37,928 nucleotides of DNA, from contig CAJVPI010000006.1 of assembly GCA_910592345.1 (NCBI GenBank), positions 62,001-99,928 on the forward strand, given 5' to 3'. Source of the DNA: Paraglomus brasilianum (taxonomy: Eukaryota). The translations under genes and the position numbers were made by a program. Below are positions 12,599-27,169 of the stretch, piece by piece. The first letter of the stretch is position 1; every line of letters starts with the position of its first letter. A model generated the notes under the pieces. The model was not told the DNA's origin and made no database searches. It worked only from the letters and a program-made list of their open reading frames with translations.

Positions 12599-14170
12599 CC
12601 TGAGCCCCAAAGTCAGATTGGTGCATCTGATCGAAAATTCGATTATCATCAATTTTTCGAAGCACGTGATAATAATGCAACTAATAAACTGAAACATATT
12701 AAAAAAGGCATAACTCAAGCAACCCGCATATACCTTTACATACTTACGTGTAATTTAGGGACGTGTTTTCGTATTTTTCCGAACGCAAGTGATGCTGTAA
12801 TGAGATACCGAAATGCTTTCATGTAACTTCGTGGTTGAATACGAATGCGAATAAGCATCAAGTCAGGGACTACCGTTTATCAAATAAAATAACTAGATTG
12901 TCCCATTTGTCGCAAGCTCAACCGTGAACGTTTCTTGTGCGAGGGTTGAATAACTCAAAACGCCTACTTTTAATCCTTTGCCAAATTGTCACATCCTAAT
13001 GTGCTAATTACAACAGTAATTTTACCGCCTTCAGTGCCCGGCTTGTTATTACTTTATTCTTTCTTTTGGAATGGGAGTTTCTGAAATTCTGAACTTTACT
13101 GTTACAGTAACAATAATTTATTTATCGTTAATTGTTCTATTCGTCAAAGATTTCTTGATTGTGGTTGTAAACGTTTTATATACATATTATGTCTATTTGA
13201 GACAAAAGTATTAGAATTTAGAAATTGTATTAAACCGACGTTTTGTTCGTTAACTATTAGTAAAATATTATCAAACTTTGTTTGCCAACTGGTTGACAAT
13301 CTGTAAAGCTGCATAAGGAGCACTGTCTATGTAGATTTGAGATCGCTACTATGTAGGGAATGCGTTATCGGGACCAAGATAAAATACACTAGTGTATCAT
13401 CTATTTTGAGGACTTTGGTTATAACAGCATTCTCCATCAAAGAAAAAGTGCCTTTAGATCAAAATGTCGGCGACTCGGTTTAATCTTGCCATTGTATATA
13501 GCAATTTTTCGTCATAAGAATTGTTACTGTAAAGTTTCCGTGTACCAATTAATACTTTGCGTGTCATTCAATGTTAAATATGCATACTTTAGCTTCTTTT
13601 TATAAACCAGTACATTTACCAGTCTAATTAATCTAACATTAGAGCGCTGTTATCAAAGCTAAACAACAATTATCAAATAGTCAAGATACAATCTCAAAAG
13701 TTCGTCAATTATAAGGATGTACGTTGACACATAATTCTAACGGTATCTATTTTCTGTAAGGGTAAAGTTGAATAATAGCTTATTAGTTGGTTAGCTTATG
13801 GAATATTTGCCAAGTACCTAATACCGAATTGTTGCGTACAACAAAAGTCGATAATAATAAAATCAGTACCGGTTTATATCATTCAATCGCACCGAGTTTG
13901 GCAACAAATGTGAATTATTTGATATTCAAACGATGGCATTCATGGTTTTCAATCATTGTTATTACATGCCGTCAGTTTGCAATAATAGCTACTACGGCGA
14001 GCAATAAAATACGTCTCTATGCCATTATTGCTGCCAATTATTTTTAAGCAATTTATTTTATCTTAATACGCCTATATACGTAATTACTTTTAATTGTATA
14101 GTTGACAAATTACTTATAATTCTCATAATCGGAAAACAGTCTTAATTGCCAGTATTATAAATGCACGAAT

Positions 14171-15094
14171 TTACATCAAGACGTCATTTCTTCTTAAATT
14201 CACAATTATAGAACCACACAACTCAGCTGACTTGTAGTTAGGAAAAACCTTACCCATTTCCTCCAGATCGATACTCTTATATCCATGTAGTCTAATAACA
14301 TTTAACTTTTTATAACCCTGGATTGTTCTAATAAATCTCCTATTTACGTCGCCAACGTTACCATTAATCGATAGTTTTTGTAAAGTTTTCTTAGGTCCAA
14401 GAAAGGATTTGAGAAACTGGACCCAACTTGGAGAGTAGAATTTAATATGCAGGATTTCAATGTTCCTGGCCTGACTTATTACTTCTGCAAGATTTTTGAA
14501 ACCTTCATGCGCATGAGACATGCTTAACCCTTGTGAACTGCCCGATAAATCAATAAATAATGATGTCAACGATGGCGCCAGGATTAAATCTTGCATATCT
14601 TTGCCGCTTGGTACGTAACTGCAGGACATATGATAGGATCGAAATCGTGGACTTTTGCCGAACAATGAGCTCAAGTCGTCTGTCAAATCTTGGATAATAG
14701 GTAACATATTTTGTACAATTGGCAAAGACGGATTACGTGTATGTCTAATTGGCGAGGAAGACCGAAGCACCTTATCAAAATCCATTTTTCTCAGCGATAC
14801 AAGATAAGTGCCGTAAGGATGCAAAGAATCCTTCATTTTTTCAAGAATCCCGTAGTCGAAATAGTATTGTTGTCTTTGCTTGGAGAGACAGCATAAATAT
14901 GTTTCGATCAGTGCTGTACTCCTTCTTGGATCCCTAAATTTTCTGAGAAAATAGAACGGATTTTCGTATAATATTGGAGTCAATTCCCTATTCCAATATC
15001 TATTCAAAAGCAAGACAGGGTATAATGCACGAAAGTCATATGCCAGCTTATAGAAGATATGGCAAATGACATCTTCATTGAGCGGAACTGGCAT
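14171..15094 (-). CDS. F-box-like protein with degenerate LRR-like C-terminus, 307 aa, intronless
   Basis: N-terminus LNEDVICHIFYKL...LYPVLLLNRYWNRELTPILYENPF fits an F-box-like pattern; LTSLFI, IEILHI, LQKLSI, LNVIRL look like LxxLxL repeats. Confidence 0.75.
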   Translation of the reverse strand: MPVPLNEDVICHIFYKLAYDFRALYPVLLLNRYWNRELTPILYENPFYFLRKFRDPRRSTALIETYLCCLSKQRQQYYFDYGILEKMKDSLHPYGTYLVSLRKMDFDKVLRSSSPIRHTRNPSLPIVQNMLPIIQDLTDDLSSLFGKSPRFRSYHMSCSYVPSGKDMQDLILAPSLTSLFIDLSGSSQGLSMSHAHEGFKNLAEVISQARNIEILHIKFYSPSWVQFLKSFLGPKKTLQKLSINGNVGDVNRRFIRTIQGYKKLNVIRLHGYKSIDLEEMGKVFPNYKSAELCGSIIVNLRRNDVLM

Positions 15095-17532
15095 TTGAAA
15101 TATTACAACTTAAAGAAAGAAGAGCGGGGTAACGAAAATGTGGAATCAATCGAAGCGGCAGAGGGGTAAGCAGATTTATTTAAATAATGAATACTCATAC
15201 AGTTTCACACGGCAAGCCACCGATTATCTACATGACAGTATTGTTCGTAAACAAGATCGTGGCGTGAGATTGACAAAATATAAATAACAGAATGATGTCT
15301 CCATATCCTAAGTCTCAAAAAGACGGTAATTGTATTGTTTTTTTTCTTATTGATAGAGAAATCTACTTTTATTAGACGTTAATGCGATCGGTCTACTAAA
15401 TTGTGTACAACAATATTTCATAACTCTCAATTTGTCTTTCAATGACATCACCGCCAAAATAGTATGTGCTCGCCGATCATAGACGTGGCACAAAGTTGTA
15501 TAAATTTCAGAGAAACAAACGCGTGCAGTCAATGGGTACAAGGATAGTTATTTACAGACATGTGATAACGTAGCACAATTACACCGCCAGCTTATTAGAT
15601 TGTTTATAAAAAACTCTTGTTGAACTTACATACCGATTGTGACATTATGTATATTCAGAAAGTCATGTTATTATTCGAAAATTTTATTTTATTTTGTGTA
15701 TTTAATTTATTTATTTATCGCCAACGATCATTTACAGAATTCCTGGGTTTGAAATCAATGCCAAACACAAGAAAAATTCACACCAATAACAATCTGCCTC
15801 GACCTCAGCCAAAATGTCGCACAACATTTGTCGCGTGTGACCGTGATAGTGTAGAATTTTTGCGATTGGCTATTTCACCAATACATTTTATAAAATACGT
15901 GCAAAACCTCCCCATTGTCCGGATGCCTTTGTTGGAATACGACTTGATTAATGAACGAAAACGTTTTCGAAAGCTGTACGCTACAGAGTATAGGTTACTA
16001 GAGCTCGCTTTTCGATGAAGATTTGTACATACCTATACTTTCTAATGTGTTGGTTGTAATACATTCTCTTGAAAAGACGTCGTCACAACAAGCGCAAAAA
16101 AAGACTCTAATTTTTTTACAAATTATGTAGACGTTTCTAAAACCGATTCCAACTATAATACAAACATTGACAATACGCATGCATTTCTCTAGGCTGGATT
16201 GGGAAATATCAAAGAGAACACTCACAATTCTATACTATGCGAGTTCACTTTATTTTTACGCAATCGATCGACTAATAAGAAATTTGGAGACAGTGGCATA
16301 TACCAATCTCTATTAATTCAACCTTTTTGACGTTGTTGATGCCATCCTTACAATGAATATGTACTCAAAAGAATGTAATGTATTTCAGTCATTGTTGATA
16401 GCCCGCTATGACAGCGCTTGGTTGGTATCAGACTTTTATTGTGTTTTACACACCTCGCCAAACTAATGCTTTATTTTGAACAAAAAAAATTAGCTCAAAG
16501 GCAAGCTGTAGTATATGTGGTACTCTCATTAGGTGAAGGTAAGAAATCTTTGCCTTAAAATAGAACGCCCGTGGATAACCGGTTTAGATCTAACCACATC
16601 AAAGTATTGTTTACTGAGACAATGAAGTACAATTATCAAAATTTCTGGGCAAACCTGTAGAAATTCTCCACGGTCGCACGCCTAATATAGAAAGCACCTT
16701 TTGATAAACAAAATCCTAAGAAAGCACCACAGTACGTGTACTATGCGATCTCTTTCCTGTTTGGCAAAAACTAGAATCTGACGCCTCAATTCTCTATATC
16801 CAGGCTTCAAACAGATATACGCCCCCTCTCAAAAGAGCTATTAAACGAGGAATTCTAACCGATCGAAGAGATAGTCAAGCGCTCATACCCAATGCACATT
16901 ACTGGTAGCACTGGTTGTGAAATAATGATGACAGATATTCATGACGCGCTGTTACTTTTACAGCGTCGTTTACACATACTTACTGTACAATCGTTAAGAG
17001 AAACTGGTCAAGTAATCTTTCTTTATATAAATTAAAAGCACATTACTTGAAGCAGGCCTATCGTATTCAAACAAATGATCTTCAAACCTGTTTTTCTCGT
17101 TAGGCAATCTTCTAGTAAAGTATCCATCAAGGCAACATGTGATTATCTGGCTCTTGAACGATACATATTTCACTTGGCTATTTTGAATAAACAATACAAT
17201 CTTAGTTTTATTTACAATACAGTATTATGCGTATTATTTCTAACCCAGATTTACAATACCGAGTTTTTGTCAATATAACCTACTGCTAATGGTAATTGAA
17301 TGTCATGTCATGTAAACAAGTATGGTTAGTTTCTAACTCAAATGCTTAAACTGATCGAACTATATTTGCAGTTCAATTAATTCATTGCGCTAATTTATTT
17401 TTATCAAGTCTGCGTTCAGTTTTCCGTTTGTTAAATTCTGACCTCATACTAATACCAGTAAATTTTTCACGTGATATAGCGATCAAATCTGTGTTATAGT
17501 TTGATGGTCAGACACTTGTCCCTACACTAATT

Positions 17533-19327
17533 ATGTCACGAAAAAGGCTCTCCCCACAAAATGCAGGTACAGTAAAATCTTGACGCAGCTTCATAACGAA
17601 GCGTCATGCAAAGGAAGATTTATTATGTCAAGTAAATAACAGCCCTTCTATTAACAACCCAGAAATTGCAGAGAAATCCAAAGTACGCGCATACGTATCT
17701 AAAAGAAGGAAGATAGAAATCGAAGAGTCAAGACAAGAAATCGAGCTGACAGGTGTATGATGCTATCTTTGCCCGTTGTATAGATAATCATGTCTGAAAC
17801 TTTACCTTATCGACTAACCTGATTTATTTCTGTCAAGATTTTAGATACTTCTCCTCAACCGATAAAACTTTCAGATATTCCAGAACGTATATCATCTGCT
17901 CTAAGCGATACACCTGCTTCCCAGACGGGATTCTTACCAAAAAGGAGAGTCACACACTTGCCAAAAGAGCACACCAAAGGAGTTAATGCATTAACATGGT
18001 GTGGGGAATTTGGTTTGTTGGTTTTCGTATGTGAGGCCTATCTTAGTTACTTGTGAGTATCAACAAATTCTTACAATATACCTACCCCCACCTGAAGGAC
18101 AGGTCTTGGCATCTGCGTCTATGGATGGTTCGGTCAAAATATGGGACGTCTTTGGAAAGAAAGAATGCGTTCGTACTTTTAGGCATTACGGTAAGACCAA
18201 TTTAATCTACAAGTCTGCAGATTACAAAAAACAACAGAAGCGAGAGTAAGAGTTAAAAATATGGCCATAACATCTACCAGAAGCAGTAAAAGACGTTCGA
18301 TGGGATAATGACACAAGCAAACTCCTGTCGGGTGGCTACAATAAACTTGCAAAGTTGATCGACATTGAAAGTGGTGCAATATCTCAGGTAAAAAGGAGCT
18401 ACCGTTTAACGTGATTATCAGTTGACCACGGTTAACTTGTTTATCCTCCCCTCTCCAAAAGACATTCGAGCACCCAAACTTTATAACCGCTCTTCGCTTC
18501 AATCCAACATCTCCTTTTTTCTTTGCATCTGGCATGTCTAAAGACGGAGTAATAATGTGGGATGTCCGCACTAATAAACCTATAAATCAATTCCGTAAAT
18601 TCTGGGGTAGCGTGAATGATCTTGAATTCCTACCAACTGGTAAGGAAATTCTTACGTGTTCCGACTACGTTGTGAGAAATGCTGCAGATAAGAATATTGT
18701 CGTCTGGGATTTGGACAGTGTACGTAGATGTTAGGGCAGGAGAATCGTTTATGAGAACGAGAGGTAACATTAATAGGTAGCGATGAAGGTGACCATTATT
18801 GGAATTGACTTTTTTATTATTTATTACCAGACAACGCCTATATCAAATCAGATATATCAAGAAGCGTATTCATGCACTGCAATGCGAAGACATCCATATA
18901 AAAGCCAATTTGTAGCACAATCAAATGCAAATTATGTAGCTATATTTGGGCTTGAAAAACCATGGAAACTAAATAAGCGTAAGGTGATTATTGGCTCCAT
19001 AAGTTCTTATTGCCTTCTTCGGTTTCTAAAGTAATTTATTCCATTTAATCCGGTTCAATTTGTCTACCTGATAAACCTCCTCAGCGCTTCGAAGGCCATG
19101 TTGTCAATGGTTACCCGATTCGATGCAACTTTTCTTTGGATGCAAAATACCTTGCATCGGGAGATGCCAACGGTTCAATATTTTTTTACGACTATGCGTC
19201 ATCTAACATAGTTAAAGTAATAGAAAACGCACATAGCGGGGTTTCTATTGACGTCCTTTGGCATCCAGTGTTGAAAAGTGTCGTGGCTACTGCTGGATGG
19301 GAGGGGGGAGTCAGCGTATGGGGTTAG
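17533..19327 (+). CDS. WDR25: WD40-repeat protein, WDR25-like (CDC40/PRP17-related), multi-exon; first exon/acceptor uncertain
   Basis: Spliced: MSRKRLSPQNA|..KVRAYVSKRRK..EHTKGVNALTW..LASASMDGSVKIWD..DKNIVVWD..ISNQIYQEAYSC..FVAQSNANYVAIF..RFEGHVVNGY..WHPVLKSVVATAGWEGGVSVWG*; SNQI-x-x-E, AQ-x-N-x-NY and HPVL motifs as I recall from WDR25. Confidence 0.85.
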
Positions 19328-21739
19328 AGACTAGAGATTAAAAGGATTGGGGAAGAAGAAAAAAAAAGGGAAAGAATGTGGACAGATTTGTGATATTGAG
19401 ATTATTATTTGGATTGATTCTGCAATAATATATGGAACAGACTGCAACAAAACCAGACAAGGTAAATGTTTTGTTATGTGGCATATCGTAGTGGCGGAAA
19501 ATAATGAGAAAATTACGCAATTACTTTACATGCTCTCTGTTTTGTTTACCATAGAAATTTATATATAGAAAGTTACATCAGATAACAAATGTATAAATAA
19601 AAATAATACTTGAACCAACAACGCGTTTTTTGTTTGCTTTCGTAAATTTGCTATAAAAATGCTTGATTAACTTATCATTCAAATATCGAGAATTTGTGGG
19701 AAATGGAATTATAATATATTATTAATCCCAGAAAAAATTTTACATACTATTCTTAGTCAAACTGTATGCTAACATTAAAAATCACGTAATAATTTATTAA
19801 TATAATGAAAACCAAGCCAAAGCTGTCAGCCAACATTCTCTAAGCAATAACGATATTAATAAATGCAACTGATGTGCTTATATTTGATCGAAGCCTCACC
19901 TCTCTCTAATTAAAGCATAATCATAACATTTGCGCTCGAGAGCAAATCGCGGAATGACTCAAATCAATTGGATTAGATACTTCGGTACGACGCTGACAAA
20001 TCAAGTGTATTAGAATTGCTGCTTAATCTCCGATTTCACTTCGCATGGGGGGATATACCACGATCCGAAGAGATTTCTGCGCAAATATACTTTTCTAAAA
20101 TAGCAAAATTATTATACAATAATAAGTGTTTTCAAAATGTGACATCAAATCAGAACAGCGACAAATCAAATCAGAGTCATTCATATTTATTATCTTATTA
20201 TGAGATTGACTACCGACGGGGTACTCAAGGCATAGCCCGCAGCAGCTTGACGCAAGAGGCCAAGCGCACGACGACGCCTGGATCAGCGTCATAACCCACA
20301 AGTCAAATAATTGTTGATCGCAATACTCACTTTGTTTACTGTCTGATGTTCAAGGCGGTGAATTATCGGCAATCGACTGCTGATTATAGCATAGTAGATT
20401 AGGCCAATCAGATTTCATATGCCTGTGCTACAATCGATCTTATTTATGTCACAAACGCGTCCACGACAAAGAAAGTGTTGTTCTTCACTGCTAAATACTC
20501 TAACGTGTACCGTATATCAGAATATTGGGAGGAATCCCATTCCAATATCCTTCGACTTGCTTTAGCTTGGATCGGTCTTGCTGGACTGGGGATTTTTCAT
20601 CATCTTGTCGCATAACATTAGCAGACATAATGAAGAGATTATATACAAATACAAGGAAGCTCGTTACTTTTTCATTAAGACGTTGTTGAGAAGAGCCTAC
20701 AAAAAGATGGAAAACGTGGGCGGTACGAAAGAACGTACTAACAATGCTGCGACAAGGAGGTACGAAAAATCAAAAGGAAGATGGATTTGGGCAAAGTGAT
20801 AATAAGGATGACAATTACGAAGACGACGCTAATGACGATACCAGCGAAGATAACGCATCGCTAGACACCCGAAAAAAGAAAAAAATACCGGTAATTTGAT
20901 CAATATGGTTATTATTATGATAGGCATTTTTATTAACTAATAACCGGGATCACTATTTCGTCGAAAAAATACTAGATATAACGAAGCACGGGTCACATAA
21001 AGCAGGATGTAAACTTCAAAGGGATACTCCTCATATATCCTATTGTCAGCCAGCAGATTATAGCATCCAAGCTTAAATGTTCTTATCAACGTATCGCTAT
21101 GATGGAGACTTCTAGCATTGGCCAATTACATGTGTTGCCCATCAAGCTCAACTCCAAGAAACTATGGCAAATTTAGCCAAACCCACCATCTTTGTATCTG
21201 CATTTCAGAAAGAACTTGATATTGAACAATCAATGGAATTAGACAAGATCCCAGTTCACTATCAGATGTGATTAAACATCTACAGATGGATCCATATTCC
21301 TTCCTCATTTAAAAATTATATGCTTACAAACCAGAACATCTCAAGCTCATATATCACGGACATATTCACTTCGGGACACACGCACTAGCGAGCGAATTCT
21401 ACAATGCAATGAACCAAATGACGTTCACGTTTGGACACACCTAGTTCAATATTACCATAATAACATTGATCTTAAAAACAATATTAATCTGTTTATTTAT
21501 AATCAATGCAGAAAACATGCGTATGAGCGTTATAAAGATGGCTAGCTATTGACATTAATGTGGCTTTTACACAACATTTGAAAAATAAATCTCTGGCCAA
21601 ACTTAGAGCAAGCATTATGGTTATGGACAATACCAACTCAACATACATATACACAACTTGCAAAGTCTCCGAACGGCGTTTATTAAGCGTTTCGTTACGT
21701 CACGTGACTTAATAGCGATCCTGTTTACATGAATCAAGC

Positions 21740-21779
<40 letters not shown>

Positions 21780-21888
21780 CAGAGTGTTAGGTAGAGTTTT
21801 AGCTTAAAGAACAAGGTGGTGCAATAATAATAATAAAAACAGAGTGTTAGGTAGAGTTTTAGCTTAAAGAACAAGGTGGTGCAATAAT
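21740..21888 (+). repeat. (TAA)n microsatellite followed by a perfect 60-bp tandem duplication
   Basis: About 12 TAA units, then two identical copies of AATAATAATAATAAAAACAGAGTGTTAGGTAGAGTTTTAGCTTAAAGAACAAGGTGGTGC (21763-21822, 21823-21882). Confidence 0.95.
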
Positions 21889-21952
21889 TTATTGCCGTCA
21901 ATGTGGTGACAGTTATCGGATTATTGCTACTACCATCGGGTGTGGAGTGTCT

Positions 21953-22097
21953 ATGGCCATAGTCAAGAAAAGCATTCGTGAAAGAAAAAAACACCTTTCC
22001 AATATTGCTGAACTTGACCGATGTGTTAAAAAAGGCATGGCAAGACATCCCTATACATACTATCGAAAATTTGGTTGATAGCATGCCACAAATGGAG
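21953..22097 (+). mobile_element. Tc1/IS630-type transposase C-terminal fragment
   Basis: AIVKKSIRERKKHLSNIAELDRCVKK-(+1 frameshift)-AWQDIPIHTIENLVDSMP matches the Tc1 EL...AW..IP...I.NLV.SMP terminus. Confidence 0.75.
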
Positions 22098-23539
22098 GTC
22101 CGATCAAGCACTAGTCACTTAGTACGAAATATAGATCAGACCCTGTTTAAATAAAAAGTTAAGCTTAAGTATTAAAATTTTTAAGTTTAATATTGAGTCA
22201 AAAATCGGAGACTTTTGGCGACCCTCTTAGGTTATATAACTATCGAAGTGAAACCGTATTTATCGGCTGAATTATGCGGACCAATGAACGTCATATTGAC
22301 ACACTCAAAAGAAGGCCGTCTTAAAAACACGTTTACAGTAGCAAAAAAACTCTCAGTAATTCAATGTACAGGGGAATTGTTCGTTATAGAAGGGAAACTA
22401 TTGTGACGCAATCGAGATGCAGTTCATAAATATCAAAATCGAATCAACATCCACATCATCGACAAACATCCCATGGACTATGTCTCATAACCAAACAAGA
22501 AAAATCAAATAAAAAATAGAATAGCAGCTATCCATCAAACATTGCAACCCAACCACCACTCACCCCTGTAAAAATCGAAAAGGAGAACATCAGATGAGTC
22601 TTTTCCTGATTCTCAGCAGTTGCCTATAAATACCAATTCTACTTTCATGACTACTATTTATATTATGTTATCAAACAATGGTCAGGCTGATAAGTGGAGA
22701 TCATCAGCTACTAATTTTAAATTTTATTTTTAAAAGCATTGAACATAATCTTATAAATAAGCAATTATTATGACTGGGTTTTTTACTTTGGCAGATTCTC
22801 CTATTACTACTACAGAATGCATTGATATTGAGGCAGAGTAAGAGTAAGAGCTGTGGAATTTGATGGTAAAATCACATAACCTTGGGTATGTGCATGGTGG
22901 TCTATAATATTATGCATCAACTTTTTTAAAACAGATTTTTGCAACCATTTACTTTGCAAAAAAAATTTTGCTGACCATCATTATTTTTTACATTTTAAAA
23001 TATATGGAGCAAATTTTTCTCCTTTAAAGACTTCTAATACTGTAGTACTTAGTACTGTAATTTCTGGGATTTGATATAGATTAAGCAATTTATACAAAAA
23101 TCCTCTATATTACTGTAAATTTAAAAATAATAAGATTGGGTGATTTATAATAGCTCTGATAAAAAGAATGTAATGTTCTGATCCCATTGCAATAAAAAAC
23201 TCAAACATAAACAGGCAAATGTCTGACGTTATTTTATTTATTTTTTTCATCTTTCTATGCATATAAATTAATATATGGGTTCAGGGTTATTATTATGTAA
23301 TTAATATACCTTCAAGGAATCACATTTTCTCAATCGTTAATAATTAGGGAGGGAACAATTAGTCTTACAAATAATATGGTCCGGTACCTAAATGTAGATA
23401 CCTCAATATAAGAGGTTTCAATCGCTACTAGCAAAAGGTTTGTTTCACTAAATCGATCAACGTCAAATTTTTTGTATATAATAAAGTAATACTATATCTA
23501 TCATTCTGCATACTTTGATCTATCTACGACCGAAGGTTT

Positions 23540-23790
23540 GACCAGATTCTAATATCACCGTGCAATAATCGTAGAATCAAATAAAACAGGATGACCCCTA
23601 TCTACGGCGGTGATACGACAGTTTCTTTCAGAAAAAGGACATATAGTTTCTAAGTGGTAACTTCTTCGCATGTTACACAGTTTAGGATACTACTTTGGCC
23701 GGGAAAGAAGTAATATTTTTACACGAGTCACCAAATAACGTTATATTTCGCCGTCAATATATTCGAAAAACCATCAGGATAACAAAAGAT
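23540..23790 (-). mobile_element. hAT transposase C-terminal dimerisation-domain relic
   Basis: FEYIDGEI*RYL...*YPKLCNMRRSYH...SER resembles the hAT dimer pattern E..RYL...YP.L..MAR.YL...SER; internal stops. Confidence 0.4.
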
Positions 23791-24940
23791 TATGTGAATT
23801 CTGATAATAATTCTTTTTTGGTTGATTGATGAAATAGATAATGACTGTGAAATAGACAATAATTTTTCTTTAGAGAATGATGTTGAATTTGACTAATCAA
23901 CTTTTAATAAGATTGATATCCTCTTGACTGAAGAAATGATTTATCTAATCAGAATTAAAAAAATAACTTTTCAAAAAATTTCTATGAAAAAAAAACTGAG
24001 GTATCTACGTTATTGCACCAGACTATATATTCTAAATGCTGTCTTTATGTTACATGGAATTTCTACTTTTTGAAATTCTTACCGAGTTTTTAATGATAGT
24101 CTTTCCATTTCGCTTAATTAAGCATCGTGAACCGAGCTCTCGGATAAAAAAACCCTTGATTTAATTTTGGCCCCCGTCATTCTTGCAGCTTCAATAAAAG
24201 TTTGGCCAATAATAGCCGATTGCTAAAATTTTTGACACCATAGAAAAAAAACGCTTTCGCTGTCGCTAATTTATTTGTTTAGGATTATTTCAGCATTAGC
24301 AAGCACACACAAATGCGTTCTGTAAAGTGTCAATCCTTTGCAACAGAGTATTTTATTATTATGCCAAAATCGCATACCATATTAGGTGTAACATCTACAT
24401 GACAACTATGCAGCGAATAAAAGAATGGTAAAGTTATACCCCGCGTACAACCAAACCCTGCTATGTGATAGAGATTTTTGGATGACAAATGTTTAGTCAT
24501 GATGATTACCAGTAATTCTCATTAGCTGCCATATTTGTATCAGTTGGGAAGATCATTATTAGTCCCAAGTTTTAATTCGCTCGCAAGTTACTGATCCCCA
24601 AAATAGATTAAGAAATAAAGATTCCATACAGTAGTAGTAACGAATGACAATCGAATGAGCAATAATGAACTTGATCAGTAACAGGGATCCGATAAAGGCT
24701 TAAAATCGAACATAATTATGAAGTAACATATATATTTTGAAGCATGAAAGATGAAAGACCCAATATATGAAATAGTCAAGCTGAATTGATGAAGACTTAA
24801 AAAATCATTCGGCTCCAGAAGAGGAAAGAAAGGAGTTTCCCAATAGGAACAGAAACTTTTCAGATGTAAAATTTGGAATAAAAAGTCAGAACTAAACATC
24901 TATCTTTAATATAGTAAGGCCATTACACCGCCATTTCTCT

Positions 24941-26509
<1,569 letters not shown>

Positions 26510-27169
26510 GATTAATTAGTCCACTTATTCCTTATAAACTATAATACTATTACTCGGGGTAGCAACGGAAGTCTAGAATGGTATGAATAAAGTAAGTATA
26601 TGATGAATAGTATTATTCGTTGAGAATGGGTGGTGTGGCTACTGATGAGAGTGTTAAGTGAGACGGCGGTGGTAGTAGGAGACGAGTGAGATGGAAAGAG
26701 TTTCTTATAAGAATTATAAAAAGAGAAATAGCGCAAAAAGAGCCCTTAGGAGCCACATGTATATGAAGTCGGGAGGTCAAACGAGAAAGAAGAAATCTAC
26801 TGATTAGGGAAGTGTCACGGTATGACTGTCCACCATACCTGGGAGTGTGGAATTTGATGGTTATAGGAATTGAAATATTTTAGGTAGGCTTGGAAAAAAG
26901 GCCTTCTTAGAGTTGATATTGTGGTTGTTATTATTGTTGCTGTTTCAGATGCTGTTGTCGTGTTTGCCACCGTTATCGTCCTTGTATTATTGTTGCGCCC
27001 CTGTCAGCATTGTAATAGTAGTCTTGGCAGGGATTGGCGAATCTTGGGTAGTAGTTCAATGAATTTCTTGGGGGGAGTTGAATAAGTACCGTACGAATAA
27101 AGTAATATTATCCACAACAATATAAATATAAACAACTTATTAATTCATTATTATTTATATTATGTCGTA

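Noticed and set aside
21734..22111. 125-aa ORF with poly-Tyr; 60-bp repeat as CRISPR-like
   Set aside because: ORF is antisense of the Tc1 fragment plus microsatellite; repeat has two identical units and no spacers.
23580..23790. TnpB/Fanzor RuvC-I-like ITAVDRG and upstream PDGFS
   Set aside because: The same frame fits a hAT dimerisation domain better; no RuvC-II/III or zinc finger found.
24498..24594. Possible C/D snoRNA (ATGATGA...CTGA)
   Set aside because: No terminal stem, only imperfect rRNA complementarity, lies antisense downstream of Cdc42.
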